Assembly: GCA_009914755.4 (NCBI GenBank)
Contig: CP086569.2
Coordinates: 51,040,001-51,104,000, forward strand
Source of the DNA: the human T2T-CHM13v2.0 reference genome, Homo sapiens
Length of the DNA: 64,000 bases
Direction of reading: 5' to 3'
Numbering within the stretch: position 1 is the stretch's first letter; the number at the start of each line of letters is the position of its first letter. This document shows positions 14,222 through 28,432 of the stretch, piece after piece. Both the position numbers and the translations under genes were made by a program. The notes beneath the pieces are model-generated. The model was given only the letters and a program-made list of their open reading frames with translations, was not told where the DNA came from and did no database searches.

Positions 14222-17200
14222 GTTGAGATAGAATGGAATGGACTCCTTTGGAATGGTGTAGTATGCAATGCAATCGACTGGCAGGGAATCAAAAGGAATG
14301 TAATGGAATGGATTGGACTGGAATGCAATGGACTCGAATAGATTGGAAACGGAATGCAAAGGAATGGAATGGAATAGTATGGAATGGAATGGAAAGGAAT
14401 GGAGTGGAATAGACTAGAGTGGAATGGAATGGACTGGAAAGCAATGGACTGGAATGGAACTTTCTTGAATGGACTGGAATCAAACGGAATGGAATGCAAT
14501 GCAATCAAATGGCATGGAATAAAATAGAATGAAAGAGAATCAAATGGAATTGAATCGAATGGAATCGAATGGATTGGAAAGGAATAGAATGGAATGGAAT
14601 GGAATTGACTCAAATGGAATGGACTAGAATGGAATGGATTCGAATGGAAGGCAAAGGAATGGAATCTATTGGAATGGACTGTAATGGAATGCAATGGAAG
14701 GGATTGGAATGGACTCGAATGGAATGGACTGCAATAGAAAGGATTCGAATGGAATGAAAAAGAATTGAATGGAATAGAACAGAATGGAATCAAATCGAAT
14801 GAAATGGAATGGAATAGAAAGGAATGGAATGAAATGGAATGGAAAGGATTCGAATGGAATGCAATCGAATGGAATGGAATCGAACGGAATGGAATAAAAT
14901 GGAAGAAAACTGGCAAGAAATGGAATCGAAATGAATGGAGTGTTATGGAACGGACTCAAAAGGAATTGAATGTAACAGAATGGAGTGGAGTGGACTCGAA
15001 TATAATGGACTGGAATGGAATGAAATCACATGGAATGGGAACGAATGGAATGGAATGGAAAGGAATGGAATCGAATGGAAAGGAATCGAATGGAAGGGAA
15101 TGAAATTGAATCAACAGGAATGGAAGGGAATAGAATAGACGGTAATGGAATGGACTCGAATAGAATGGACACGAATGCTCAAATTGAATGGACTCGAATG
15201 GAATGGAAACGAAAGGAATGTCATCGAATGGAATTGAATCGATTGGAATGAAATCGCATAGAATGGAGTGGAATCAAATGGAATTGAATCGAAAGGAAAG
15301 GAAGCGAATGGACTGAAATGAAATGGAATGGAATTGAATGGAAAGTAATGCAATGGAATAGAATGGAACGAAATTTCACGGAATGGAATCAAACTGAATG
15401 GAATCAAATCAATGGAATCTAATCAAATGGAATGGAAAGGAATTGAATGGAGTAGATTGGATTGGATGGGATTGGAATGAAATGTACTGGAAAGGACTCG
15501 AATTTCATGAAACGGAATGGAATGAATTGGAACGGAATGGACTCGAATGGAATGGAATGTCATGGAATGGCATCAAATGGAATGGCATCAAATGGAATGG
15601 AATCGAATGCAATGGAATGCTATGGAATGGAATGCAATGCATTGGAATGGAATGTCCTCTAATGGAATGGATTCGAGTGGAATGGAATCGAATATAATGG
15701 AGTCGAATGAAATGGAATTGAAAGGAATGGGATCGAATACAATGGAATATACTGGAATGTAATGTAATGAACTCGAATGTAATTGACTGGAATGGAATGT
15801 ACATGAATGGAATGTAATCGAATGGAAAGTAATCCAATGGAATAGAATCTAATGCAATAAAATCGACTCAGATAGAGTAGAATGTAATGGAATGGAGTGC
15901 AGTGCAATGGAATGGAATGGAATGGAATGCAATTGAATGGAATGGAATGGAATGGAATGCAATGGAATGGGATGGAATGGTATGGAATGGATAGTAATGG
16001 ACTGGAGTGAAATGGACTGGAAAGGAATGGACTCAAATTCAAAGGGCTCGAAAGGAATGGAGTCAAATGGAATGGTCTGGAATGGAATGAACACGAATGT
16101 AATGCAATCCAATAGAATGGAATCGAATGGCATGGAATATAAAGAAATGGAATCGAAGAGAATGGAAACAAATGGAATGGAATTGAATGGAATGGAATTG
16201 AATGGAATGGGAACGAATGGAGTGAAATTGTATGCAGTAGAAGGGAATAGAATGGAATGCAAGCGAAAGGAAAGGAATGGATTGGAATGGAATGGAATTC
16301 ATTGGAATGGAAGGGAATGTAGTGTAATGGACAGGCCTGGAATAAAGTGGAATGCTACGGTCTCGAATGGAATAAAAATGTATGGAATGGAATGCAATGA
16401 AACGGAATCGAATGTCATAGAATGTAATGGAATGCAAAAAAATGGAATCCAAAATCATTGACTGGAAAGGCTGGGTGTCGAAAGGAATTGACTCCAATGG
16501 AATGGAATCGAATGGAATGGAAGTGAATAGAATCGAACTAAATCGAATGGAATGGAACTGATAGGAACGGAATGGAAAGGAATGCAATGATTTGGCATGG
16601 AATGGAATCGAATGGCATCGAATGGAATGGAATGGAATGCAATGGAATGGAATGTATTAGAATGTAATGAACTTTAATGGAATGTACTCGAATGGATTCG
16701 ACTGGAATGGAATGTTCTGGAAGTGAATGGACTCCAATGGAATGGATTCCAAAGGAATGGAATCGTACGGAATGGAGTCTAATGGAATGGAATTAAATGG
16801 AAATGAATCAAATTGAATAGCACGGAATTGAATTGAATGGAATCGAATGCAATGGAATCTAATGAAACGGAAAGGAAAGGAATGGAATGGAATGGAATGG
16901 GCTGGAATGGAAAGGAATCGAAACGAATGGAATGGAATCGAACTGAAGAGACTGGAATGGAATGCACTGGAATGGAAGGGAGTGTAATGGAAGGTTCTCG
17001 AAAATAATGGAATCGAATGGAATGGAATTGAATGGAACGGAATAGAGTCGAATGGAATTGAATGGAATGGAATGGACTAGAGTGAAATGGAATCGAACCA
17101 CAAGGAATGGACAGGAATAGAATGGTCTCGAATTGAATGGAATCGTATGGAATGGCATCAAACGGAATGGAATGGACAGCCACGGAATGGAATGCACTCG

Positions 17201-17780
17201 AATGCAATGGAGTCGAAACTAATGGACTGGAATAGAATGGACTCGACTGGTACGGACTCCAATGGAATGGAATCGAATGGAAGGGAATCGAACGGAATGG
17301 ACTCGAAGGGAAAAGACTGCAATGGGAAGGTCTCGAATGGAATGGAAATTAATGGAATGGAATGGAATCGAATGAAATGGAGTCAAAAGGAATGGAATCG
17401 AATGGCAAGAAATCGAATGTAATGGAATCGCAAGGAATTGATGTGAACGGAACGGAATGGAATGGAATCCAAAGGAATGGAATGGAATGGAATGGAATCG
17501 AATGGAAAGGACTCGAATGGAAATCACTCGAATAGAATGCAATTTAATAAAATAGGATCAAATGTAATGGAGTGGAATGGAAAGGAATCGAAACGAAAGG
17601 AATGGAGACAGATGGAATGGAATGGAACAGAGAGCAATGGTATAGAATGGAATGGAATCATCTGGAATGGAATTGAATGGAATGGAATAATATGAAATGG
17701 AATGGAATGGAATGGAATGGAATGCCCTTGAATTAAATGGACTGGAATGGAATGGACTCGAACAGAGTGGAATGGAAAGT
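14222..17780 (+). repeat. HSat3/DYZ1-type HOR unit 5 (3559 bp)
   Basis: Anchors at 14222 and 17781. Near-identical to unit 6: the 305-aa minus-strand artefact ORFs at 13999-14916 and 17558-18475 are the same. Confidence 0.85.
14457..14469. promoter_or_regulatory. HSE consensus match GAActTTCttGAA
   Basis: Unit offset +235. Verified. Confidence 0.3.
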
Positions 17781-20700
17781 GTTGAGATAGAATGGAATGG
17801 ACTCCTTTGGAATGGTGTAGTATGCAATGCAATCGACTGGCAGGGAATCAAAAGGAATGTAATCGAATGGATTGGACTGGAATGCAATGGACTCGAATAG
17901 ATTGGAAACGGAATGCAAAGGAATGGAATGGAATAGTATGGAATGGAATGGAAAGGAATGGAGTGGAATAGACTAGAGTGGAATGGAATGGACTGGAAAG
18001 CAATGGACTGGAATGGAACTTTCTTGAATGGACTGGAATCAAACGGAATGGAATGCAATGCAATCAAATGGCATGGAATAAAATAGAATGAAAGAGAATC
18101 AAATGGAATTGAATCGAATGGAATCGAATGGATTGGAAAGGAATAGAATGGAATGGAATGGAATTGACTCAAATGGAATGGACTAGAATGGAATGGATTC
18201 GAATGGAAGGCAAAGGAATGGAATCTATTGGAATGGACTGTAATGGAATGCAATGGAAGGGATTGGAATGGACTCGAATGGAATGGACTGCAATAGAAAG
18301 GATTCGAATGGAATGAAAAAGAATTGAATGGAATAGAACAGAATGGAATCAAATCGAATGAAATGGAATGGAATAGAAAGGAATGGAATGAAATGGAATG
18401 GAAAGGATTCGAATGGAATGCAATCGAATGGAATGGAATCGAACGGAATGGAATAAAATGGAAGAAAACTGGCAAGAAATGGAATCGAAATGAATGGAGT
18501 GTTATGGAACGGACTCAAAAGGAATTGAATGTAACAGAATGGAGTGGAGTGGACTCGAATATAATGGACTGGAATGGAATGAAATCACATGGAATGGGAA
18601 CGAATGGAATGGAATGGAAAGGAATGGAATCGAATGGAAAGGAATCGAATGGAAGGGAATGAAATTGAATCAACAGGAATGGAAGGGAATAGAATAGACG
18701 GTAATAGAATGGACTCGAATAGAATGGACAGGAATGCTCAAATTGAATGGACTCGAATGGAATGGAAACGAAAGGAATGTCATCGAATGGAATTGAATCG
18801 ATTGGAATGAAATCGCATAGAATGGAGTGGAATCAAATGGAATTGAATCGAAAGGAAAGGAAGCGAATGGACTGAAATGAAATGGAATGGAATTGAATGG
18901 AAAGTAATGCAATGGAATAGAATGGAACGAAATTTCACGGAATGGAATCAAACTGAATGGAATCAAATCAATGGAATCAAATCAAATGGAATGGAAAGGA
19001 ATTGAATGGAGTAGATTGGATTGGATGGGATTGGAATGAAATGTACTGGAAAGGACTCGAATTTCATGAAACGGAATGGAATGAATTGGAACGGAATGGA
19101 CTCGAATGGAATGGAATGTCATGGAATGGCATCAAATGGAATGGCATCAAATGGAATGGAATCGAATGCAATGGAATGCTATGGAATGGAATGGAATGCA
19201 TTGGAATGGAATGTCCTCTAATGGAATGGATTCGAGTGGAATGGAATCGAATATAATGGAGTTGAATGAAATGGAATTGAAAGGAATGGGATCGAATAGA
19301 ATGGAATATACTGGAATGTAATGTAATGAACTCGAATGTAATTGACTGGAATGGAATGTACATGAATGGAATGTAATCGAATGGAAAGTAATCCAATGGA
19401 ATAGAATCTAATGCAATAAAATCGACTCAGATAGAGTAGAATGTAATGGAATGGAGTGCAGTGCAATGGAATGGAATGGAATGGAATGCAATTGAATGGA
19501 ATGGAATGGAATGGAATGCAATGGAATGGGATGGAATGGTATGGAATGGATAGTAATGGACTGGAGTGAAATGGACTGGAAAGGAATGGACTCAAATTCA
19601 AAGGGCTCGAAAGGAATGGAGTCAAATGGAATGGTCTGGAATGGAATGAACACGAATGTAATGCAATCCAATAGAATGGAATCGAATGGCATGGAATATA
19701 AAGAAATGGAATCGAAGAGAATGGAAACAAATGGAATGGAATTGAATGGAATGGAATTGAATGGAATGGGAACGAATGGAGTGAAATTGTATGCAGTAGA
19801 AGGGAATAGAATGGAATGCAAGCGAAAGGAAAGGAATGGATTGGAATGGAATGGAATTCATTGGAATGGAAGGGAATGTAGTGTAATGGACAGGCCTGGA
19901 ATAAAGTGGAATGCTACGGTCTCGAATGGAATAAAAATGTATGGAATGGAATGCAATGAAACGGAATCGAATGTCATAGAATGTAATGGAATGCAAAAAA
20001 ATGGAATCCAAAATCATTGACTGGAAAGGCTGGGTGTCGAAAGGAATTGACTCCAATGGAATGGAATCGAATGGAATGGAAGTGAATAGAATCGAACTAA
20101 ATCGAATGGAATGGAACTGATAGGAACGGAATGGAAAGGAATGCAATGATTTGGCATGGAATGGAATCGAATGGCATCGAATGGAATGGAATGGAATGCA
20201 ATGGAATGGAATGTATTGGAATTTAATGAACTTTAATGGAATGTACTCGAATGGATTCGACTGGAATGGAATGTTCTGGAAGTGAATGGACTCCAATGGA
20301 ATGGATTCCAAAGGAATGGAATCGTACGGAATGGAATCTAATGGAATGGAATTAAATGGAAATGAATCAAATTGAATAGCACGGAATTGAATTGAATGGA
20401 ATGGAATGCAATGGAATCTAATGAAACGGAAAGGAAAGGAATGGAATGGAATGGAATGGGCTGGAATGGAAAGGAATCGAAACGAATGGAATGGAATCGA
20501 ACTGAAGAGACTGGAATGGAATGCACTGGAATGGAAGGGAGTGTAATGGAAGGTTCTCGAAAATAATGGAATCGAATGGAATGGAATTGAATGGAACGGA
20601 ATAGAGTCGAATGGAATTGAATGGAATGGAATGGACTAGAGTGAAATGGAATCGAACCACAAGGAATGGACAGGAATAGAATGGTCTCGAATTGAATGGA

Positions 20701-21339
20701 ATCGTATGGAATGGCATCAAACGGAATGGAATGGACAGCCACGGAATGGAATGCACTCGAATGCAATGGAGTCGAAACTAATGGACTGGAATAGAATGGA
20801 CTCGACTGGTACGGACTCCAATGGAATGGAATCGAATGGAAGGGAAACGAACGGAATGGACTCGAAGGGAAAAGACTGCAATGGGAAGGTCTCGAATGGA
20901 ATGGAAATTAATGGAATGGAATGGAATCGAATGAAATGGAGTCAAAAGGAATGGAATCGAATGGCAAGAAATCGAATGTAATGGAATCGCAAGGAATTGA
21001 TGTGAACGGAACGGAATGGAATGGAATCCAAAGGAATGGAATAGAATGGAATGGAATCGAATGGAAAGGACTCGAATGGAAATCACTCGAATAGAATGCA
21101 ATTTAATAAAATAGGATCAAATGTAATGGAATGGAATGGAAAGGAATCGAAACGAAAGGAATGGAGACAGATGGAATGGAATGGAACAGAGAGCAATGGT
21201 ATAGAATGGAATGGAATCATCTGGAATGGAATTGAATGGAATGGAATAATATGAAATGGAATGGAATGGAATGGAATGGAATGCCCTTGAATTAAATGGA
21301 CTGGAATGGAATGGACTCGAACAGAGTGGAATGGAAAGT
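17781..21339 (+). repeat. HSat3/DYZ1-type HOR unit 6 (3559 bp)
   Basis: Anchors at 17781 and 21340. Confidence 0.85.
18016..18028. promoter_or_regulatory. HSE consensus match GAActTTCttGAA
   Basis: Unit offset +235. Verified. Confidence 0.3.
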
Positions 21340-24300
21340 GTTGAGATAGAATGGAATGGACTCCTTTGGAATGGTGTAGTATGCAATGCAATCGACTGGC
21401 AGGGAATCAAAAGGAATGTAATCGAATGGATTGGACTGGAATGCAATGGACTCGAATAGATTGGAAACGGAATGCAAAGGAATGGAATGGAATAGTATGG
21501 AATGGAATGGAAAGGAATGGAGTGGAATAGACTAGAGTGGAATGGAATGGACTGGAAAGCAATGGACTGGAATGGAACTTTCTTGAATGGACTGGAATCA
21601 AACGGAATGGAATGCAATGCAATCAAATGGCATGGAATAAAATAGAATGAAAGAGAATCAAATGGAATTGAATCGAATGGAATCGAATGGATTGGAAAGG
21701 AATAGAATGGAATGGAATGGAATGGACTCAAATGGAATGGACTAGAATGGAATGGATTCGAATGGAAGGCAAAGGAATGGAATCTATTGGAATGGACTGT
21801 AATGGAATGGAATGGAAGGGATTGGAATGGACTCGAATGGAATGGACTGCAATAGAAAGGATTCGAATGGAATGAAAAAGAATTGAATGGAATAGAACAG
21901 AATGGAATCAAATCGAATGAAATGGAATGGAATAGAAAGGAATGGAATGAAATGGAATGGAAAGGATTCGAATGGAATGCAATCGAATGGAATGGAGTCG
22001 AACGGAATGGAATAAAATGGAAGAAAACTGGCAAGAAATGGAATCGAAATGAATGGAGTGTTATGGAACGGACTCAAAAGGAATTGAATGTAATAGAATG
22101 GAGTGGAGTGGACTCGAATATAATGGACTGGAATGGAATGAAATCACATGGAATGGGAACGAATGGAATGGAATGGAAAGGAATGGAATCGAATGGAAAG
22201 GAATCGAATGGAAGGGAATGAAATTGAATCAACAGGAATGGAAGGGAATAGAATAGACGGTAATGGAATGGACTCGAATAGAATGGACACGAATGCTCAA
22301 ATTGAATGGACTCGAATGGAATGGAAACGAAAGGAATGTCATCGAATGGAATTGAATCGATTGGAATGAAATCGCATAGAATGGAGTGGAATCAAATGGA
22401 ATTGAATCGAAAGGAAAGGTAGCGAATGGACTGAAATGAAATGGAATGGAATTGAATGGAAAGTAATGCAATGGAATAGAATGGAACGAAATTTCACGGA
22501 ATGGAATCAAACTGAATGGAATCAAATCAATGGAATCAAATCAAATGGAATGGAAAGGAATTGAATGGAGTAGATTGGATTGGATGGGATTGGAAGGAAA
22601 TGTACTGGAAAGGACTCGAATTTCATGAAACGGAATGGAATGAATTGGAACGGAATGGACTCGAATGGAATGGAATGTCATGGAATGGCATCAAATGGAA
22701 TGGCATCAAATGGAATGGAATCGAATGCAATGGAATGCTATGGAATGGAATGGAATGCATTGGAATGGAATGTCCTCTAATGGAATGGATTCGAGTGGAA
22801 TGGAATCGAATATAATGGAGTCGAATGAAATGGAATTGAAAGGAATGGGATCGAATACAATGGAATATACTGGAATGTAATGTAATGAACTCGAATGTAA
22901 TTGACTGGAATGGAATGTACATGAATGGAATGTAATCGAATGGAAAGTAATCCAATGGAATAGAATCTAATGCAATAAAATCGACTCAGATAGAGTAGAA
23001 TGTAATGGAATGGAGTGCAGTGCAATGGAATGGAATGGAATGGAATGCAATGGAATGGAATGGAATGGAATGGGATGGAATGGTATGGAATGGACAGTAA
23101 TGGACTGGAGTGAAATGGACTGGAAAGGAATGGACTCAAATTGAAAGGGCTCGAAAGGAATAGAGACAAATGGAATGGTCTAGAATGGAATGAACACGAA
23201 TGTAATGCAATCCAATAGAATGGAGTCGAATGGCATGGAATATAAAGAAATGGAATCGAAGAGAATGGAAACAAATGGAATGGAATTGAATGGAATGGAA
23301 TTGAATGGAATGGGAACGAATGGAGTGAAATTGTATGCAGTAGAAGAGAATAGAATGGAATGCAAGCGAAAGGAAAGGAATGGATTGGAATGGAATGGAA
23401 TTCATTGGAATGGAAGGGAATGTAGTGTAATGGACAGGCCTGGAATAAAGTGGAATGCTACGGTCTCGAATGGAATAAAAATGTATGGAATGGAATGCAA
23501 TGAAACGGAATCGAATGTCATAGAATGTAATGGAATGCAAAAAAATGGAATCCAAAATCATTGACTGGAAAGGCTGGGTGTCGAAAGGAATTGACTCCAA
23601 TGGAATGGAATCGAATGGAATGGAAGTGAATAGAATCGAACTAAATCGAATGGAATGGAATTGATAGGAACGGAATGGAAAGGAATGCAATGATTTGGCA
23701 TGGAATGGAATCGAATGGCATCGAATGGAATGGAATGGAATGCAATGGAATGGAATGTATTAGAATGTAATGAACTTTAATGGAATGTACTCGAATGGAT
23801 TCGACTGGAATGGAATGTTGTGGAAGTGAATGGACTCCAATGGAATGGATTCCAAAGGAATGGAATCGTACGGAATGGAATCTAATGGAATGGAATTAAA
23901 TGGAAATGAATCAAATTGAATAGCACGGAATTGAATTGAATGGAATGGAATGCAATGGAATCTAATGAAACGGAAAGGAAAGGAATGGAATGGAATGGAA
24001 TGGGCTGGAATGGAAAGGAATCGAAACGAATGGAATGGAATCGAACTGAAGAGACTGGAATGGAATGCACTGGAATGGAAGGGAGTGTAATGGAAGGTTC
24101 TCGAAAAAAATGGAATTGAATGGAATGGAATTGAATGGAACGCAATAGAGTCGAATGGAATTGAATGGAATGGAATGGACTAGAGTGAAATGGAATCGAA
24201 CCACAAGGAATGGAGAGGAATAGAATGGTCTCGATTTGAATGGGATCGTATGGAATGGCATCAAACGGAATGGAATGGACAGCCACGGAATGGAATGCAC

Positions 24301-24873
24301 TCGAATGCAATGGAGTCGAAACTAATGGACTGGAATAGAATGGACTCGACTGGTACGGACTCCAATGGAATGGAATCGAATGGAAGGGAATCGAACGGAA
24401 TGGACTCGAAGGGAAAAGACTGCAATGGAAAGGTCTCGAATGGAATGGAAATTAATGGAATGGAATGGAATCGAATGAAATGGAGTCAAAAGGAATGGAA
24501 TCGAATGGCAAGAAATCGAATGTAATGGAATCGCAAGGAATTGATGTGAACGGAACGGAATGGAATGGAATCCAAAGGAATGGAATAGAATGGAATGGAA
24601 TCGAATGGAAAGGACTCGAATGGAAATCACTCGAATAGAATGCAATTTAATAAAATAGGATCAAATGTAATGGAATGGAATGGAAAGGAATCGAAACGAA
24701 AGGAATGGAGACAGATGGAATGGAATGGAACAGAGAGCAATGGTATAGAATGGAATGGAATCATCTGGAATGGAATTGAATGGAATGGAATAATATGAAA
24801 TGGAATGGAATGGAATGGAATGGAATGCCCTTGAATTAAATGGACTGGACTCGAACAGAGTGGAATGGAAAGT
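21340..24873 (+). repeat. HSat3/DYZ1-type HOR unit 7 (3534 bp; short variant)
   Basis: Anchors at 21340 and 24874. It lacks 15 bp in the pure (GGAAT)n tract near 23040-23080 and lacks 10 bp (atggaatgga) between 24849 and 24850. Together these give -25 bp. Confidence 0.85.
21575..21587. promoter_or_regulatory. HSE consensus match GAActTTCttGAA
   Basis: Unit offset +235. Verified. Confidence 0.3.
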
Positions 24874-27800
24874 GTTGAGATAGAATGGAATGGACTCCTT
24901 TGGAATGGTGTAGTATGCAATGCAATCGACTGGCATGGAATCAAAAGGAATGTAATGGAATGGATTGGACTGGAATGCAATGGACTCGAATAGATTGGAA
25001 ACGGAATGCAAAGGAATGGAATGGAATAGTATGGAATTTAATGGAAAGGAATGGAGTGGAATAGACTAGAGTGGAATGGAATGGACTGGAAAGCAATGGA
25101 CTGGAATGGAACTTTCTTGAATGGACTGGAATCAAACGGAATGGAATGCAATGCAATCAAATGGCATGGAATAAAATAGAATGAAAGAGAATCAAATGGA
25201 ATTGAATCGAATGGAATCGAATGGATTGGAAAGGAATAGAATGGAATGGAATGGAATTGACTCAAATGGAATGGACTAGAATGGAATGGATTCGAAAGGA
25301 AGGCAAAGGAATGGAATCTATTGGAATGGACTGAAATGGAATGGAATGGAAGGGATTGGAATGGACTCGAATGGAATGGACTGCAATAGAAAGGATTCGA
25401 ATGGAATGAAAAAGAATTGAATGGAATAGAACAGAATGGAATCAAATCGAATGAAATGGAATGGAATAGAAAGGAATGGAATGAAATGGAATGGAAAGGA
25501 TTCGAATGGAATGCAATCGAATGGAATGGAATCGAACGGAATGGAATAAAATGGAAGAAAACAGGCAAGAAATGGAATCGAAAGGAATGGAGTGTTATGG
25601 AACGGACTCAAAAGGAATTGAATGTAATAGAATGGAGTGGAGTGGACTCAAATATAATGGACTGGAATGGAATGAAATCACATGGAATGGGAACGAATGG
25701 AATGGAATGGAAAGGAATGGAATCGAATGGAAAGGAATCGAATGGAAGGGAATGAAATTGAATCAACAGGAATGGAAGGGAATAGAATAGACGGTAATGG
25801 AATGGACTCGAATAGAATGGACACGAATGCTCAAATTGAATGGACTCGAATGGAATGGAAACGAAAGGAATGTCATCGAATGGAATTGAATCGATTGGAA
25901 TGAAATCGCATAGAATGGAGTGGAATCAAATGGAATTGAATCGAAAGGAAAGGAAGCGAATGGACTGAAATGAAATGGAATGGAATTGAATGGAAAGTAA
26001 TGCAATGGAATAGAATGGAACGAAATTTCACGGAATGGAATCAAACTGAATGGAATCAAATCAATGGAATCCAATCAAATGGAATGGAAAGGAATTGAAT
26101 GGAGTAGATTGGATTGGATGGGATTGGAATGAAATGTACTGGAAAGGACTCGAATTTCATGAAACGGAATGGAATGAATTGAAACGGAATGGACTCGAAT
26201 GGAATGGAATGTCATGGAATGGCATCAAATGGAATGGCATCAAATGGAATGGAATCGAATGCAATGGAATGCTATGGAATGGAATGGAATGCATTGGAAT
26301 GGAATGTCCTCTAATGGAATGGATTCGAGTGGAATGGAATCGAATATAATGGAGTCGAATGAAATGGAATTGAAAGGAATGGGATCGAATACAATGGAAT
26401 ATACTGGCATGTAATGTAATGAACTCGAATGTAATTGACTGGAATGGAATGTACATGAATGGAATGTAATCGAATGGAAAGTAATCCAATGGAATAGAAT
26501 CTAATGCAATAAAATCGACTCAGATAGAGTAGAATGTAATGGAATGGAGTGCAGTGCAATGGAATGGAATGGAATGGAATGCAATGGAATGGAATGGAAT
26601 GGAATGGAATGGAATGGAATGGGATGGAATGGTATGGAATGGATAGTAATGGACTGGAGTGAAATGGACTGGAAAGGAATGGACTCAAATTGAAAGGGCT
26701 CGAAAGGAATGGAGTCAAATGGAATGGTCTGGAATGGAATGAACACGAATGTAATGCAATCCAATAGAATGGAATCGAATGGCATGGAATATAAAGAAAT
26801 GGAATCGAAGAGAATGGAAACAAATGGAATGGAATTGAATGGAATGGAATTGAATGGAATGGGAACGAATGGAGTGAAATTGTATGCAGTAGAAGGGAAT
26901 AGAATGGAATGCAAGCGAAAGGAAAGGAATGGATTGGAATGGAATGGAATTCATTGGAATGGAAGGGAATGTAGTGTAATGGACAGGCCTGGAATAAAGT
27001 GGAATGCTACGGTCTCGAATGGAATAAAAATGTATGGAATGGAATGCAATGAAACGGAATCGAATGTCATAGAATGTAATGGAATGCAAAAAAATGGAAT
27101 CCAAAATCATTGACTGGAAAGGCTGGGTGTCGAAAGGAATTGACTCCAATGGAATGGAATCGAATGGAGTGGAAGTGAATAGAATCGAACTAAATCGAAT
27201 GGAATGGAATTGATAGGAACGGAATGGAAAGGAATGCAATGATTTGGCACGGAATGGAATCGAATGGCATCGAATGGAATGGAATGGAATGCAATGGAAT
27301 GGAACGTATTAGAATGTAATGAACTTTAATGGAATGTACTCGAATGGATTCGACTGGAATGCAATGTTCTGGAAGTGAATGGACTCCAATGGAATGGATT
27401 CAAAAGGAATGGAATCGTACGGAATGGAATCTAATGGAATGGAATTAAATGGAAATGAATCAAATTGAATAGCACGGAATTGAATTGAATGGAATCGAAT
27501 GCAATGGAATCTAATGAAACGGAAAGGAAAGGAATGGAATGGAATGGAATGGGCTGGAATGGAAAGGAATCGAAACGAATGGAATGGAATCGAACTGAAG
27601 AGACTGGAATGGAATGCAGTGGAATGGAAGGGAGTGTAATGGAAGGTTCTCGAAAAAAATGGAATCGAATGGAATGGAATTGAATGGAACGGAATAGAGT
27701 CGAATGGAATTGAATGGAATGGAATGGACTAGAGTGAAATGGAATCGAACCACAAGGAATGGACAGGAATAGAATGGTCTCGAATTGAATGGAATCGTAT

Positions 27801-28432
27801 TGAATGGCATCAAACGGAATGGAATGGACAGCCACGGAATGGAATGCACTCGAATGCAATGGAGTCGAAACTAATGGACTGGAATAGAATGGACTCGACT
27901 GGTACGGACTCCAATGGAATGGAATGGAATGGAAGGGAATCGAACGGAATGGACTCGAAGGGAAAAGACTGCAATGGAAAGGTCTCGAATGGAATGGAAA
28001 TTAATGGAATGGAATGGAATCGAATGAAATGGAGTCAAAAGGAATGGAATCGAATGGCAAGAAATCGAATGTAATGGAATCGCAAGGAATTGATGTGAAC
28101 GGAACGGAATGGAATGGAATCCAAAGGAATGGAATAGAATGGAATGGAATCGAATGGAAAGGACTCGAATGGAAATCACTCGAATAGAATGCAATTTAAT
28201 AAAATAGGATCAAATGTAATGGAATGGAATGGAAAGGAATCGAAACGAAAGGAATGGAGACAGATGGAATGGAATGGAACAGAGAGCAATGGTATAGAAT
28301 GGAATGGAATCATCTGGAATGGAATTGAATGGAATGGAATAATATGAAATGGAATGGAATGGAATGGAATGGAATGCCCTTGAATTAAATGGACTGGAAT
28401 GGAATGGACTCGAACAGAGTGGAATGGAAAGT
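24874..28432 (+). repeat. HSat3/DYZ1-type HOR unit 8 (3559 bp)
   Basis: Anchors at 24874 and 28433. Confidence 0.85.
25109..25121. promoter_or_regulatory. HSE consensus match GAActTTCttGAA
   Basis: Unit offset +235. Verified. Confidence 0.3.
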
